Shown: positions 14,664 to 27,700, counted from the first letter of the whole stretch. The stretch: DNA of 63,697 bases, filler included, from Octopus bimaculoides (GCF_001194135.2; 3 parts of 3 records of this genome joined end to end with filler, not necessarily neighbours in it); one strand, 5' to 3'. Translations and numbers: made by a program. Notes: generated by a model not told the origin, from the sequence alone.

Positions 14664-14757
<94 letters not shown>
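14664..14757. repeat. (CT)n microsatellite, followed by (CCTA)n/(CTAT)n/(TATG)n runs
   Basis: Direct reading. Confidence 0.95.
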
Positions 14758-14758
<1 letters not shown>

Positions 14759-14883
14759 CCTTTTCCCTCTCTCCATACACACACTAACGTCTTTCTCGGT
14801 ACACTATTCGCTTCATACCTACCTAACTACCTACCTACCTACCTATCCACCTACCTACGTACCTCCTAACGAACTAACTAACA

Positions 14884-14931
<48 letters not shown>

Positions 14932-15599
14932 GTCCGTCTGACTATATATATATGTATGTGTGTTAGTATGTATATATAGATATATATGTGTGCGTATATA
15001 TATTTATATATGTATCTATATATGAATATGTATGTCTGTGTATGTATGTATGTATGTATGTATGTGCGTATGTATGTATGTGCGTATGTATGTATATGTT
15101 ATTTAATGTGGATATAATGTATGTAGTTATGCATGCATGTTTATATACATTCATATATTTCATTAAATACGACTGTGTTCAATTTCTCAATTTATTTTAG
15201 GTTTTCGCATTTTCTCATTAGTTGTTTTGTCGTTAGGTTTCTGATTCATCAGCCACGTGTAATTCTAAGGGTTGTGATGGGATTATTTGCATGTCGGTTT
15301 TCGCCTTGTATTGTGATATGAGAGTGTGTCCCATAGTTTATCTTCCATTTTGTGGCTTATTTTATAGACAATGTATTTTCCTCTACTATTTTCTATTTTA
15401 ATTTTGCTTCGTGGTGTTTAGTTTAATATATTGCTATTGCACCATGCTGTAATGCATGGTGAGCCTACTACAATGTTGTACAAATATATCCAGTATAATC
15501 ATTTAGAAATATTGAAATCTTGCATCGTTCAGTTTTAAAGTTCAAATTTATTATAATCCCTTAAGTATGCACGAAAAATGCGTCTTCACTCATACTATT

Positions 15600-16080
15600 T
15601 CCAATTTATGTTTCTCCAGAATTTTGTCCAGTATGGATCAGCTAACAAATTTTGCCTAATTTTTCACTAGTATATATTTGCCTTACATACTATACACAAC
15701 ACGTTTTCTCTGGTACGCAATTTCAGTTTCCCACACAACAAATTCCGAGTTGTTCCGGTAGTTGGCAACTTATTATCCGTGATGTTGTTTCACTCAGAAA
15801 AGTTGTTTTCGGATACCAGCAGATGTTAACCGAGGACCTTCGCCAAACGTTAAACCGTTCTCGTCAGACGTGAAGTAAAAACACTTGCTCTTTCACTTCT
15901 GGATATGCTTTGAAAGTTTTCTTTTTCAGCATACCTTTTAATTGTTCTAATAACTGTAGTATGGTGACATTTTAGTCGAGAGACAATGGCTCGGCATGAT
16001 AATCTTTCACTATGAAGAGCAATGATTTGTGCACGGACTTCACAAGAATGTTCACTATTACGTCCCATTCTGCACAATAA
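15600..16080 (-). mobile_element. Tc1-like transposase N-terminal (HTH) fragment
   Basis: ORF 15850-16077: MGRNSEHSCEVRAQIIALHSERLSCRAIVSRLKCHHTTVIRTIKRY..., typical of the Tc1 paired-like HTH. Downstream sequence is degraded. Confidence 0.65.
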
Positions 16081-16699
16081 ACATTTAAATTTAGAAAAGT
16101 TTTACACATACACAGCATGGTGCAAAAAGATCAGGAATATATGCAAAAGTGTTTAAACTATTAACGAATAATATTCAAAAAATAGAAATACTATTGCTAT
16201 ATAGCAAAGAAAAGCTCACATCCATGTACTGTACTTGAACAATACAATGGCCACAGCAATCTTTGTGAAAGTCGCACAAATCTAAAATGTACAGGCAAAA
16301 ATAAAAAATGAACAAGCTATTTATGCAACGCTATGCAACAAAAGTGTTAAAAACTAGCAATAAATATGAAAAAAAGTTTACAAATACAACTGGAACAAGA
16401 ATGCAATTTACCTGAAAATAGGTAATTACCAGACAAAAGACAATATTAATCTGAATACCTCACATTATTAACATTATCTACAAAAGTAAACACTGTTAAT
16501 ATATGAACAAGGTCAAGGATAAAACAGTTATCTATTTAAACAATATTAAGTAAATTTTATCATTAGTAAGTAAATTTTATCATTCAATACTCGAAAATAT
16601 AAAATATTTTATCTTTGAAGCCACTTAATTTTAGATATTGCTTATAATATGGAGCATGAGTGTTGAATATCTCCTCATTGGCAGATAAATTTGAAATTC

Positions 16700-17990
16700 T
16701 AATAGAAATGACTGTTACCATGCTATTGAGAGTTGTTGATATAGGATTGATTAGAGAGAATATTTAAGTACTGGATGGTTTGGTTGGGATTCCAGTGTGG
16801 ATAGTGAAGATTAGTATTAATGCTAAGTGTGACATACAAGATGTTGGCTACTTTATGATCCATTTCAAATACAATATTTAAATCATCATATTTAAAGAAT
16901 CGTATGAAATATTTCTTAGTGTATTCAATCTCTAGATGGGATACATTTTTAGTTGCGAAAAGTGCATCATCTCTATAGAGACCACCGGAGATGATGGGAA
17001 AATATCGCTTTATTTGTGAGAGGAGAAATAAGCCCACAAGGTCTGTTATTTGGGCTGACTCAGATGAGTCCATTGTTATATAAAAAAAAGTCTGAGGATG
17101 TTTTTCGAGGCCATTTATTATCATTAAAATAGATGAGAGTTTTTCTAGCTGCCAAAATGAGGACTATATCAGCTGCAGAAATGGTTGCATAGTTTCGGAC
17201 AAAGGTTAATATTTCACCCAATAGGGTGGATGATATTGATGCATAGTAATTAGATATATCAAAACGAATGGAATTAATATGTTTGTCGTTGAGGTAGTGA
17301 AAGCATGTGATTAAGTCACCAGTAGAATTCCAAAGTGGGAGCTCCACATTTTCCGTGACACGAGGTAATATTCTATCTATAATTATTTTACTAATTTTGC
17401 CTAACTCAGGTTTAGCGGGACAGATTAACCGAGTTGGAAATTGGGCTTATGGTCATTCAGAGTAAAATGAAGGGCATTCTTGCTGCGTATGGTTCGTTCT
17501 ATTTAATACGTCTAAATCCACTAAAAGTTTGTAATGTGTCTTATTTGATATACTTCAATGCATTTGCATGTTCATGTCTGTAATTAGTATTAAGTTCCTT
17601 TAGTATTAACTTGTTATAAGGTTTGAGAGGTAATGAGTAGAAGTTCCTAGGTTTGTCAGAGAATACGTGTAAATTTTGTGAGGAACGTATTTCCGATATA
17701 GTTTCAGAGAGCTGTTTTTGAAAGGAATTAGTGTATTTTGAAAATTCTATATACATTGAATCTATTGTGACTTTTGCCATAGCAGGATTTGGAGGAGGGT
17801 TCTTATATGAATTCGTATTATAAGTATCTTTTCAATAGAATGATCAGAGTGTTTGAATTTTAGTTTGGCATCATAAAAAATGCTCTCCATCTCATCCTAG
17901 TAATGAGCTCATTATTTGTTTTTTAGAAGGGCTTGCATATGTGTATCCCTTGATGGTATCGGGATGCGTCTCCGTCAATTGTGCCTGTAT
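16700..17990 (-). mobile_element. Degraded Penelope-like element (PLE) reverse transcriptase
   Basis: Frameshifted minus-strand motifs in the expected order: RMRWRAFF, FSDKPRNFY, PFITLNDHKPNF, TRLICPAKPELGKISKIIIDRI, FDISNYYASIS, AQITDLVGLFLL, GGLYRDDAL (RT catalytic YRDD), VTLSINT...PHWNPNQTIQYLNILSN. No GIY-YIG domain recognised in the window. Confidence 0.8.
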
Positions 17991-18019
17991 GAAGCGCTCT
18001 ACGGAAAAAACTATATATA

Positions 18020-18254
18020 CAGTAATCCCTCGACTATCGCAGGTGTTACGTTTTAAAACAAACTCGCGATAGGTGAAAACCTGCGAAGTAGCAACAATAC
18101 TGTACTGTGTCTTTTTCTTAATTATTTTCATAATTTGTATATATTTATTTTATTCTAAATGCAAAACAACACTACGGAGGAAGCAGCGTAAGCTTAAATA
18201 GTAAACCACGATAGAACCGCGATGAGTGAATCGTGATAAGGCGAGGGATTACTG
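18020..18254. mobile_element. Tigger/pogo-like MITE (235 bp)
   Basis: TIR CAGTAATCCCTCG / CGAGGGATTACTG with TA on both sides (18018-19 and 18255-56). Confidence 0.85.
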
Positions 18255-19228
18255 TAGTTATACCGGGGCTGTATGAAAAGTTTTGAGCCTTGAAGTCTTG
18301 CGCCATGTTTTCTTTTTTTTTTTTTTTTNNNNNNNNNNTTTTTTTTTTTTTTTTTTTGAGGCTCAAGTTATTTCATACACCTTTCGTATTTTTGTTTATT
18401 ATTTAGGCAGCGCTGTGAAGTGCTCAGGTAGCCGACCTGAGACGTTACATATATTATATTTGAAAGGAGAATTCAAGACGTTTCAATTCAGAATGATAAT
18501 ACAACATATACTCAGCCATAAAACCGATGTATGCAAATCATTAAAATATATTTAATGTATCGCTCATTAAAATATTGAAAAATATAAAACAATTACAGAT
18601 ACATAAATATATAAAAATATAATAGAAATATATATAAATATATAATAAGAATATATAAAAATATAAGACATATATGGGTAGAAAAACTATATTGATGTAT
18701 AAAAATATATTAGCATCTTAAAAGGTATATATTGAAGACATCGTCCTACTTACAGAGGAAGAGCGTTGTTGAAAAGATATTTAAACATACATTTTAAAAT
18801 ATGTATGTTTGTACGTATGGATTTGTGTGTGAGTGTGTGTGCACGCGTGTGTGTCTGTGTTTGTCCACCTGCTATCGCTTTAGAAGCGCCGCTGGAGTGT
18901 TTATGTTCCCATAACGTAGCGTTTCGTCGAAAGATCGATGAAACTAGTACTAGGTTTGCAAAGAATAGGTCTTGGTGTCGATTTCTTCGACTAAAACTCC
19001 TTAAGGCGGTGCTCAGTATGGACGCAGTCAAATGGCAGAAACAAGTTTAAGAAAAGGTAAAGAAAAAGAAAGCTAAATAATTTATATATAAATTGAAATA
19101 TACTTTAGCCCATTAAAATTTCTCTAAATTCAATACGAGCTGATAACCCAAGCGAGGCAAAATAGCACTGAATTACAGGCACATTTAATGTTGCTGCTGC
19201 TACTGCTGCTACTGACGTTGATGATGAC

Positions 19229-19287
<59 letters not shown>

Positions 19288-19659
19288 CGATGAGGATTGC
19301 CCCTTCAATCATAAATGACAAAATTTCTCAAATGTCTCATGATCCAACAGCTAACGTAAAGAATAGCTGAAGGCAACCGGAAGATTAAAGGAGAACAAGG
19401 CGAAAGATTTTGCTAAGCTTAAAGAAATAACTGCTGCCGATGAAAGTCAAAGTGTTGGCGCTAGTTTCTGAACGTATTGCATACAATATACGCATAATTC
19501 TCTAACTGATTAGGCGTCTTCATTCGGAGAACATAACACAATAGAAATAGTATGTAAATATACCATATTAATCCGTAGGAGAGATGAGGACCATTTTAAT
19601 TAGTCACCTTAATTATGACCTATGTCTTGTGTAGAACCTTGGTTGAAAGTGAAAAGTTG

Positions 19660-19900
19660 CACATAGTCAATTGCATTCCTTCGTCCATGACAGTCTTCAG
19701 TCAAGCGACAAGACCCTCCAAGACGACTGGAGATGCAGACAGATGGACTGGTTGATGAAGATGTCTTATTAGCCTCATTTTACACCCTCTCTACATTCTA
19801 CAATGAGTTGCTGCAGGTACTTTCTCCTCTGATAAAACATGACAGTTTCTTCTGTAGAGTCCGTCAAATGCAATCTTCACTTGCGTAGGTAGACAAGCCC
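19660..19900 (-). mobile_element. RTE-clade LINE 3' fragment (degraded)
   Basis: Minus strand resembles an RTE C-terminus (..GR..EDCHGRR..); heavily mutated. Confidence 0.45.
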
Positions 19901-20178
19901 TAACATGCTAATATGATGGGGTCCTGACAGGTACTACTACTCAGGGTTAAAGAAACTGGGAACATAAGTGACTAACAGGTGGTTTCACACTCCTCAAAAC
20001 CTAGAACTCCTAAACAAAGGCCCCACTGTTGGATGCAGTTTAAAACTCTACCCAGAACAGACGTACATACTTAGACAATATACACACACATGTATACGCT
20101 GATATATGCAGATAAGTATATACATACATATATTATATATACACATGTGTATATACGCATATATGTGTATGTGTGTGT

Positions 20179-20215
<37 letters not shown>

Positions 20216-21689
20216 AGTGTCCATGTTTACACATATAAATACATATGTATGTGTATATGTGTGTAAATATATTTATATATATGTATATATCAAAATATGT
20301 ATAGAGAGTTAGAGAGATAGCCGGACAGACAGAGTGTATTGTGTCTGTTTGTTTCAAAACATCGGGACATATTTTTAAATTCTTAAACGTGATAAAATAT
20401 GTAAATTTAATTGATCTGTTCATTTATTTGAAATGTCTTGAAAAATAATGAAATATACACAAAAGCCAGTATTTTCATTACAACATAACATCACTTTACA
20501 GAATTATTTCCAAGCGTACATCAAAATTTTAAATATATTTTACCGTGTTGGTTCGATTCGATATTACTGTATTACAGTAATTAATTTTCTCCGAAAAAAA
20601 AAGCACCTGGTTCGCAGATGAAATTTGTCTTAAAATCAGACAGAAACACAAACTTAAAGACAAAACACGAAATATACACAGAAAAATCAAACAAACATAC
20701 TAATACTAAACATGTGCCCACACATATGAATACTCAGAGAAGCTTTACAATTTCACAAATCACACACATACGTAAACAGTGTTGAGAAACAGAAAAATTT
20801 AAACATAACCAGTTACATAGATGGCAGTTGTAGTACTCTATGCATCAAACTTCAACGACAAAAATAACAATAGCAATATTAACAACTACATCGATAAAAT
20901 CATCACCAACAACGGAAGCAGCAGAAAGTAGAATACAATGTAATATATCACAACATTTATAAGGAATAAAACATGAAACAATACAAAAGAATATTAGATG
21001 TTTTTTTATTAAAATTGAAGTAGTGGTCAATAAGTGGAAAAATATACAATACAACACATTACAGCGTTGTGCACACATATACGTATACAGATATATATAT
21101 ATGCATGTATATTTATTTATATGTGTGTATGTATATCTATGTATACACACACACACACAAACACGCACATACACGTATAGTTGAAATTTATAGAAAAGCT
21201 AAAGATGAAGACAGGTGTATGAATAACAAGCAAGTATATTAGTTTGACGTTCGGGAAAAATGGAAATCTCTTTTAAGGTTCGAGACTACGCTCGAGAGAG
21301 AATTAAAAAAAAGTGCAGTTCTGCAATCCAACATGGCGATGACTGGGGAAAGAGCGTTTGAGAAAAGGGGAGATGATGATTAAAAAAGCAGGTTGAATGA
21401 AAGGGAGGTAATGATAGTGCTAGCGATCCCGACAAGAGAAGCGATCTCGACATAAAAAAAAAAATCCTGTACGAATTTTGGGGCAGGGAAAGGGTGATAT
21501 AATTACAAAAAAAAAACAAAAAAAAAACGAACGTTAAAGAAAAAAAAAAAAATATTAATAGCACAGATTATACATTAAATTTTNNNNNNNNNNNNNNNNN
21601 NNNNNNNNNNNNNTACCACTGTAGTGCAATTCAAGTAAACAAGACATTTTTTGTAGCGAAAATACAAAATCTAAAACTTTTAAGAATTA

Positions 21690-23430
21690 CTCAAATATAA
21701 AATTTTGTGTCTCCTGCGTCACATGAAATCGCAGATATATATATCAACCATAGAACGGTGTATCCCACTACTTTGTTTATTCAATCGTTTTTACTAGCCT
21801 ATATGCTTTGCTCTTGTTGCGTGTGGATACCATTTTTAGAGTTAATAAAGTGTTGTGGTGGAAACCCCCAAGTGAGAAGTGGGCTGTTCCACTACTCATA
21901 AATAGTGGACAGACACAGCAAGCAGTGTCGTTCCCAACTCCAAGGTATCTTTATTTTTCGGGTTGGTAGTATTTTTGATTAAATCACTTGTGTTTTTGGA
22001 GAAAGCCGTTTGATTGTTGGTTGTTTTATGTTGCTTCATCTGCGGTTTCTAGTTGTTTTTTATCGATAAAATCGAGAGATAGCCATGTAAAAAGTAGTTT
22101 CTATTCGGACCTTAGTGGTTCTGAATTGTCCTCTTCGGAGAAGGAACTGATTCGTGCAGCCGGAAGGATGCATAAATTTCTTAAAAGAAGTATTGCAGAA
22201 GTAACGGAAGTGAAGAAAAAGGAGGTAGACCTTTCAAATTTTGAAAGATATGAAAAAATAGCAACTAGAGTAGGTGGTGACGTTAAGCTGTTACCGCCCC
22301 AGAAGATAATGGACGAAATAGACAGGAAGACTGTAACATAAAAGGTGTACTCAGTGGAGGAAAGGAAAATGGAACATGCGGAGGCTGAAATTATAGAGAG
22401 GGCATTGTGCTCAGTCTGGCCAGAGGAAATAAATTTGGAACCATCATAGTCCATTACAAGACGGAAGACAAAGCCAAGGAAAACGCTACAAACACAATAA
22501 AAGCAAAGTGGTCTATCTACCCACTTATTTAGGAAGAATGGCCTCAAGGATTCGGATGGAAGGTATCCCACCTGAAATTGAAGTGGCTTGGGTCGTGGCG
22601 GCTGCGTTTCTAGGAAGTGAAGAAGTAGCCGTCTTCCAAGCCACAAACGGAAGGCTCAGTTTGGAAATGACAAACAATAGATCTGATTGTACAGGCTGAG
22701 GTGGAGACACTCGAAAAATTGGCAGAGACGGTATCAATCGGAGATCTGGTGTTGAAAGTGTGGGTGGATGGCAGGACTTCTCGTTGTTTTAAATGTGGCC
22801 AAAAAGGCCACATTAGAGCACACTACTCTCTGCAAAAGCAGACAACGGAAAGGATGCACGAGAGGTCAGAAAAGGACCAAGAGGGAAAGGAAAGAGAGTA
22901 GGAATAGAAAATTGCAGAAGGAAGAAGGAAAAAGAGGAAAAAAAAGAACAGTGCAATGTAGAACCTCAAACCTCACCCACACCACAGATGCCCCGAGAGA
23001 CCCAACCCTTCCTTACAGACACCGAATCCACCCACCCCGCTCCTACACAATCTACAACGAAAAAGGAATTGCAAACACAACAAAGTACAAAGAATTCCGC
23101 TCCCCGTGAAGTGAATTACGTTTGTATACTGACAGACAATGAGAATAAAGAACTAGTTTGGAAGGTGACAGGTTGGAAAATGGAAAATCTGATTCAGACA
23201 GACGGCTATAAGAACACAATAGGTGGCACATGTGTGTGTTACTTCCAGAAAAGCAGATGGAGGCGATGAAAAAGTACAAAAGGGGTTTTAAGTTCTGGAG
23301 AATTAATACAGACATTAAAAGGATACCAGACAACTTAGGGTACGCGAAACAATTACAGAAATTCAGTGTTAATGTAGTAAAAGGAATCCCAAGGAAGTAA
23401 GTGATGCTGCTTGAGGTGGGTCAAGCAGCA
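21690..23430 (+). mobile_element. LINE ORF1-like (gag, zinc knuckle) element with no ORF2, copy 1
   Basis: Broken ORFs 21988-23330: LPTYLGRMASRIRMEGIPPEIEVAWVVAA, knuckle RCFKCGQKGHIRAH(Y), and a basic low-complexity tail. Ends near a perfect hairpin at 23405-23430. No APE or RT motifs. Confidence 0.6.
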
Positions 23431-23504
23431 CATTCTCATCTTTTCATTCTCGTTATTCATTCATATTATTATATTTATAATTTTATTTAAATTATTTTGT
23501 GTTA

Positions 23505-25372
23505 TATGTCCCGACATGTGCTCTCTTTATCGGCTCCTTGTGAGCAATGAAGAAACGAGTAAGCCGTTTGTTTGTATACTTGCTGAAGGTCTCTCCGTGT
23601 GGGTGAACCTAGGATTTGTTAAATTTATTGAATTTTGAACAATTGTTGCTGTTTTTGCCTGTTTTTGGATTTGTTTGCTTCCCAATTATGGGTGAAGTGG
23701 AGAAGAGAGGAGAAATGGAACATGTACCAGCTGGATTGTATCAGCCACGATTAAAGGAGTATCTACCAACGCCCTTGAGGTGCGAGAAATTAAGATAGAG
23801 CCCAGAAAGTGGAAGGAGGGCAGTTAATTAATAGAAAGGGAATGAGGCAGTTTGAGGTTAACTCCACCGCAAGAATTGACCAACGATGTGGCGAAGCGGA
23901 CAGTGTTGTACGCTATCTATGTCCTCTAAAAGGATAGAGGTTGCCACAATAGAGGCAACAAAGGAGTGCCTCGAGAACGTAAAGAGGCTCACCACATTTT
24001 ATACGCGTGGAAGGAAGTACGGCACAGTGGAAGTAAGGTTTGGCAAAGAAGAAGACGTTATAAATCACTCCACTGTGCCGATAAGGACACACGAATGGGT
24101 ACATCTACCGACTTACTGTGGCAAACGCGTCCCCAGAGTAAGAATTGGCAAAGCCCCCCCCCCACCCACACACATACCTGAGATTAAGGACATATGGCTG
24201 GTGTCAGCAATCATGCAGAATATGGAGGATGAATTTAAAATCTTGAAGATTACGGGAACCAAAATGTTTAATTGATGGGAGTAAGGTCTCGAGATGGCCA
24301 TACAATTGAACATAAAAGACTTATTCGAGATGAGAGGAGATCATTCTTCCAAAAGACGTCAGACTGAGAGTAGTAGTGGAAGGAAGACCACCAACATGTT
24401 TCTTATGTGGTCAAAACGGACACTTGAAAGCAAAGTTCTCCCGGAAAGAAAAGAAAGGAGGAGCAGAAAAGTGAAGAACAGAGTACCGAAGTGGTAGTGT
24501 CGGAAAGAGAGAAAGATAGAGTTGGAGAATCATTCACTGTCGTGAATAAGAGGAAAAGGAAAGGACGGGTGAGCTCTCCACCAGAGAGCCAGAAAAGGAT
24601 GAAGGAGAAAAGGAAAGGTTTGAGACACCAACAGAATCAACAATGGAAGTTAGAGTGGAAGAAGAAACATCATTGCAACATGATGTGGAAGGCTCAGGCA
24701 TTGACGTTCATTTCGGTGCACCAAGAGAGGAGCCAAGTGGAAAGACTCGCTCGACAGCCCAATGAAGCTCGACAGCCCCGATGAAGCAAACGAATGTTAA
24801 AAGGAAAAAAATGGTACATGGTTACATACACCAAAAGTACGGCAATGAAGTGGAAGATCACACAGTTTAAATCGATCATAAGAGTAAGGTTGCCACCAGA
24901 AAAATATACAGAACACACAAAGGGAATATTCATTGACAAGGAGAGATACGAGAAACAGAGAATTGTTCGGAAGTGGTATAGACCCGTTAGGGGTCGAAAT
25001 TGAATTCGACGAATTACCATCGGTTGTGGAGTATGAAGATTTGAAACACTTAATGAAGTGTTAAAAACAGTGAAATAAAATTTTATAAAAAAAAAGAGAA
25101 AAAATAGACTTTCAAAAAGAAAACGATGCTAAAAGAAAAAAAAGAGGGTGTAAGAACTATTTGGTAATTTGTATTATTTAACTGATATTTGGTACTGCTT
25201 GAGAGTGGGGCACAATCCAGCGATTTCATGATCATTAATTTTATTATTTTTATACATCTTTCATTTTTCATTCGTTTTATGTTTTTTGTCCCCACTGTGG
25301 TGTTCTGTCTGTCCTTGTACTGTCCCCTCTATGTTATGGTCTAGGTGCCAAAATAAAGAATTACAAATTACA
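23505..25372 (+). mobile_element. LINE ORF1-like element with no ORF2, copy 2 (diverged paralog)
   Basis: ORF 23886-24275 contains RGRKYGTVEVRF...LPTYCGKRVPRVRIGK...PEIKDIWLVSAI, homologous to copy 1. Followed by a purine-rich basic region, a 3' UTR, and AATAAA near 25350 with a short (ATTACA)-like tail. Confidence 0.6.
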
Positions 25373-25379
25373 GTCCGCG

Positions 25380-25830
25380 AGATATTTTCGTTGGTTTTAA
25401 ATCATTTTTGATTCCCGTTGGCGTGAGTCATGTTGTACATTGTTATATCTTTGTTGAGGGTCCTTCCCGGGCGGGTGGGCCATGTTTTGTTGAATCTTTT
25501 AATCGCAACACACTAGAGACATTCATACATTAGTCGATTCTCCCAGGAAGCAATTTTTCTTTGACATGTTAAGGGCCTGCTCCTTGTTTTCCTGAAATTG
25601 ATGGTTGCAATTTTCGGCACAGAACAGTAAAAAACCAGCGTTGTGTTTATAATATGTCTCGCACTATGATGACGTATTTCTCCGTCTGCTTGACTGGCCC
25701 GTACAGCGTACCTCAACGACTAACACTTCTTGCTGTTTGTGTTCACTATTTATCAGTAGTGGAACAGCCCACTCCTCACTTGAGGGCGTCTGTCACGACA
25801 CCCCCTTCGAATTTTTTTTCTTTCACACAA
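25380..25830 (-). mobile_element. 5' end of a third related element in inverted orientation
   Basis: 25723-25801 is the reverse complement of 21850-21928 (about 80-85% identity by eye). Confidence 0.5.
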
Positions 25831-25849
25831 CATTATTTTTTCTTTAGAA

Positions 25850-27455
25850 TGCCACAGGTAGTACCAGTCTACAGGTTTACCGGTAGCGCTAATAACACAT
25901 AGCGGCCCGACTTAAATCCTTCACAACGTCTTATCATTGCCAGGATGGTGGAGATGGTACATCCCATGGCGATGCCGACGTCCAGGTCTATCCAGCTGGT
26001 TGTGTACTCCTTTGTTGAGAACCGGATCGAGGGAAAGAGACCATTAAACTGACTGTGGAAGGCCTCGAGACCATTGATTCGTGCGACCTTCCTGGCAAAT
26101 ACAAGGTCTCGTGCCTGCAATTCATGCTCATCCCCAAACTCCTCTGGCCACTGTTATTATACGACATTTGCTCGAGCTCAGTGGAAACATGGAAGCAAAA
26201 ATCAACATGCTTACTTGGAAATGGCTTCGCGTCCTACCCAGTCTCACGAAAAACCCACTTTGCTACCGCCAGGCAATGCTGAAACCTCCGTTGAAGTAAA
26301 TCCTGGAAGAGTATAAGGCAGGGAAAACGAGACTCCTCAGCATGCTTAAAGATTCAACAGACCTGATCGTGAGAGCTGTCCAAACCCAGCTGAAAACAGG
26401 CATGAAGTAGATGGTGAAGGAAACTGTAGAGGTAGCTAAGAAGATCCTAAGGATGAGAGAGATCATTGGGCATACTCAGACCAACAGAAAAAGTCGCCTA
26501 GGATCCTCTAAAATGGAATATTGGTCGAAGACCAAAGGAAAAGCAAAGAGAGACTTGGTAATTCAAGAGATGAGGAAAGAGGAAGACAAAGGAAGTTTCC
26601 AGAAGGTAATCCAACAAAGTTAGCAGGGACAATTGACAACATGGGAAGCGTTCTCCAAAGAAGCTTGAGTTGGAACGACCTGTGGCACATGGCTCCATTG
26701 CAGATCAGCTTCTTTCTCAGATCAGTGTATGACCTCCTACCCTCAAATGCCAACCTGGTAAAATGGGGAAAATCTGAGGACCACTCCTGTGCGCCCTGCA
26801 ACGGAAGACAGACAGTGGAGCACGTTCTCAGCTCTTGCAAACAGCCCTCACTCAAGAGAGATACAATTGGAGGCACAACCAAGTGCTCAAAGAGCTTACT
26901 GAAGCGGTCGCATTCAATACGACCAAGAGCAAAGGACAACGCACAGAACCCGAGACATTGTTTCATGCGGAAGGAGACAAGAAAACTTGGCCAACTACAA
27001 ACAACCCACGCAGATCCTGCAGACAAGGCCTGTTGAGTGAATCAGACGATTGGGAGTCCGTTGCAGATACTCCAGAGTGGAACGACTACCCAGAGGACAT
27101 CAACAAGACCGGCTCGAGACCCGACATAGTGCTCCACTCCCAGAATGTCAAAGAGATCCTCCTGATCGAACTCACCGTGCCTTACGAAATCAGGAGCGAA
27201 GATGCCCATGTCTACAAGAGAGAAAAGTACGCCTACTTGGCCAGAGACCTGAGGGACGCTGGATTACAAACCAAAGTCTCTGCAGTCGAGGTTGGCGTCA
27301 AGGGATTTGTAGGCTCACCTCGTACAGCCTCATGAAACAGCCATCCATCTCTAGAAGAAGCAGGACTAGTACCTTGAGGGCCATGGGTGAAGTGGCGAAG
27401 AAGGCCTCAAATTGGATCTGGTCTAGGAGGTGCATAGGCCAACTTCATATGGCTT
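25850..27455 (+). mobile_element. HERO/NeSL-like RLE non-LTR retrotransposon, 5'-truncated and frameshifted
   Basis: IDSCDLPGKYKVSCLQFMLIPKLLWPL, SVYDLLPSNANLVKWGKSEDHSCAPCNGRQTVEHVLSSC (CCHC), RYNWRHNQVL, SRPDIVL..ILLIELTVPYE..KREKY..VEVGVKGF (PD-D/ExK RLE), ending ASNWIWSRR. Confidence 0.85.
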
Positions 27456-27478
27456 AATTTGCCCCAATTTAAGCGAGT

Positions 27479-27549
27479 GTCAAATTGGCGTAGTCGTGTA
27501 GGCCTACGCCTCTGGAGCCGGCGATCCGGGTTCGAATCCCGCTGGGACT
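27479..27549 (+). pseudogene. tRNA-like sequence (Gln-CTG-like); pseudogene or SINE head
   Basis: A-box TGGCGTAGTCG and T-loop GGGTTCGAATCCC are present, but the acceptor stem (GTCAAAT/CTGGGAC) and the anticodon and T stems have mismatches. Confidence 0.55.
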
Positions 27550-27700
27550 ATGAAATAAAGAAGCAGCACATATGCTAGGACACAATAACCTCCTAAGCAG
27601 ACCGAGTGCAGATATGAGTAGCATATAGAAATCTGTATTAGGGAAGAATAGGAAAATATTAGATCTATAAACCCTAAAATTCACTCCATAATAGCCCACA

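Noticed and set aside
27479-27549. Functional tRNA gene
   Set aside because: The acceptor stem has three mismatches, the T and anticodon stems are imperfect, and there is no poly-T terminator; kept only as tRNA-like.
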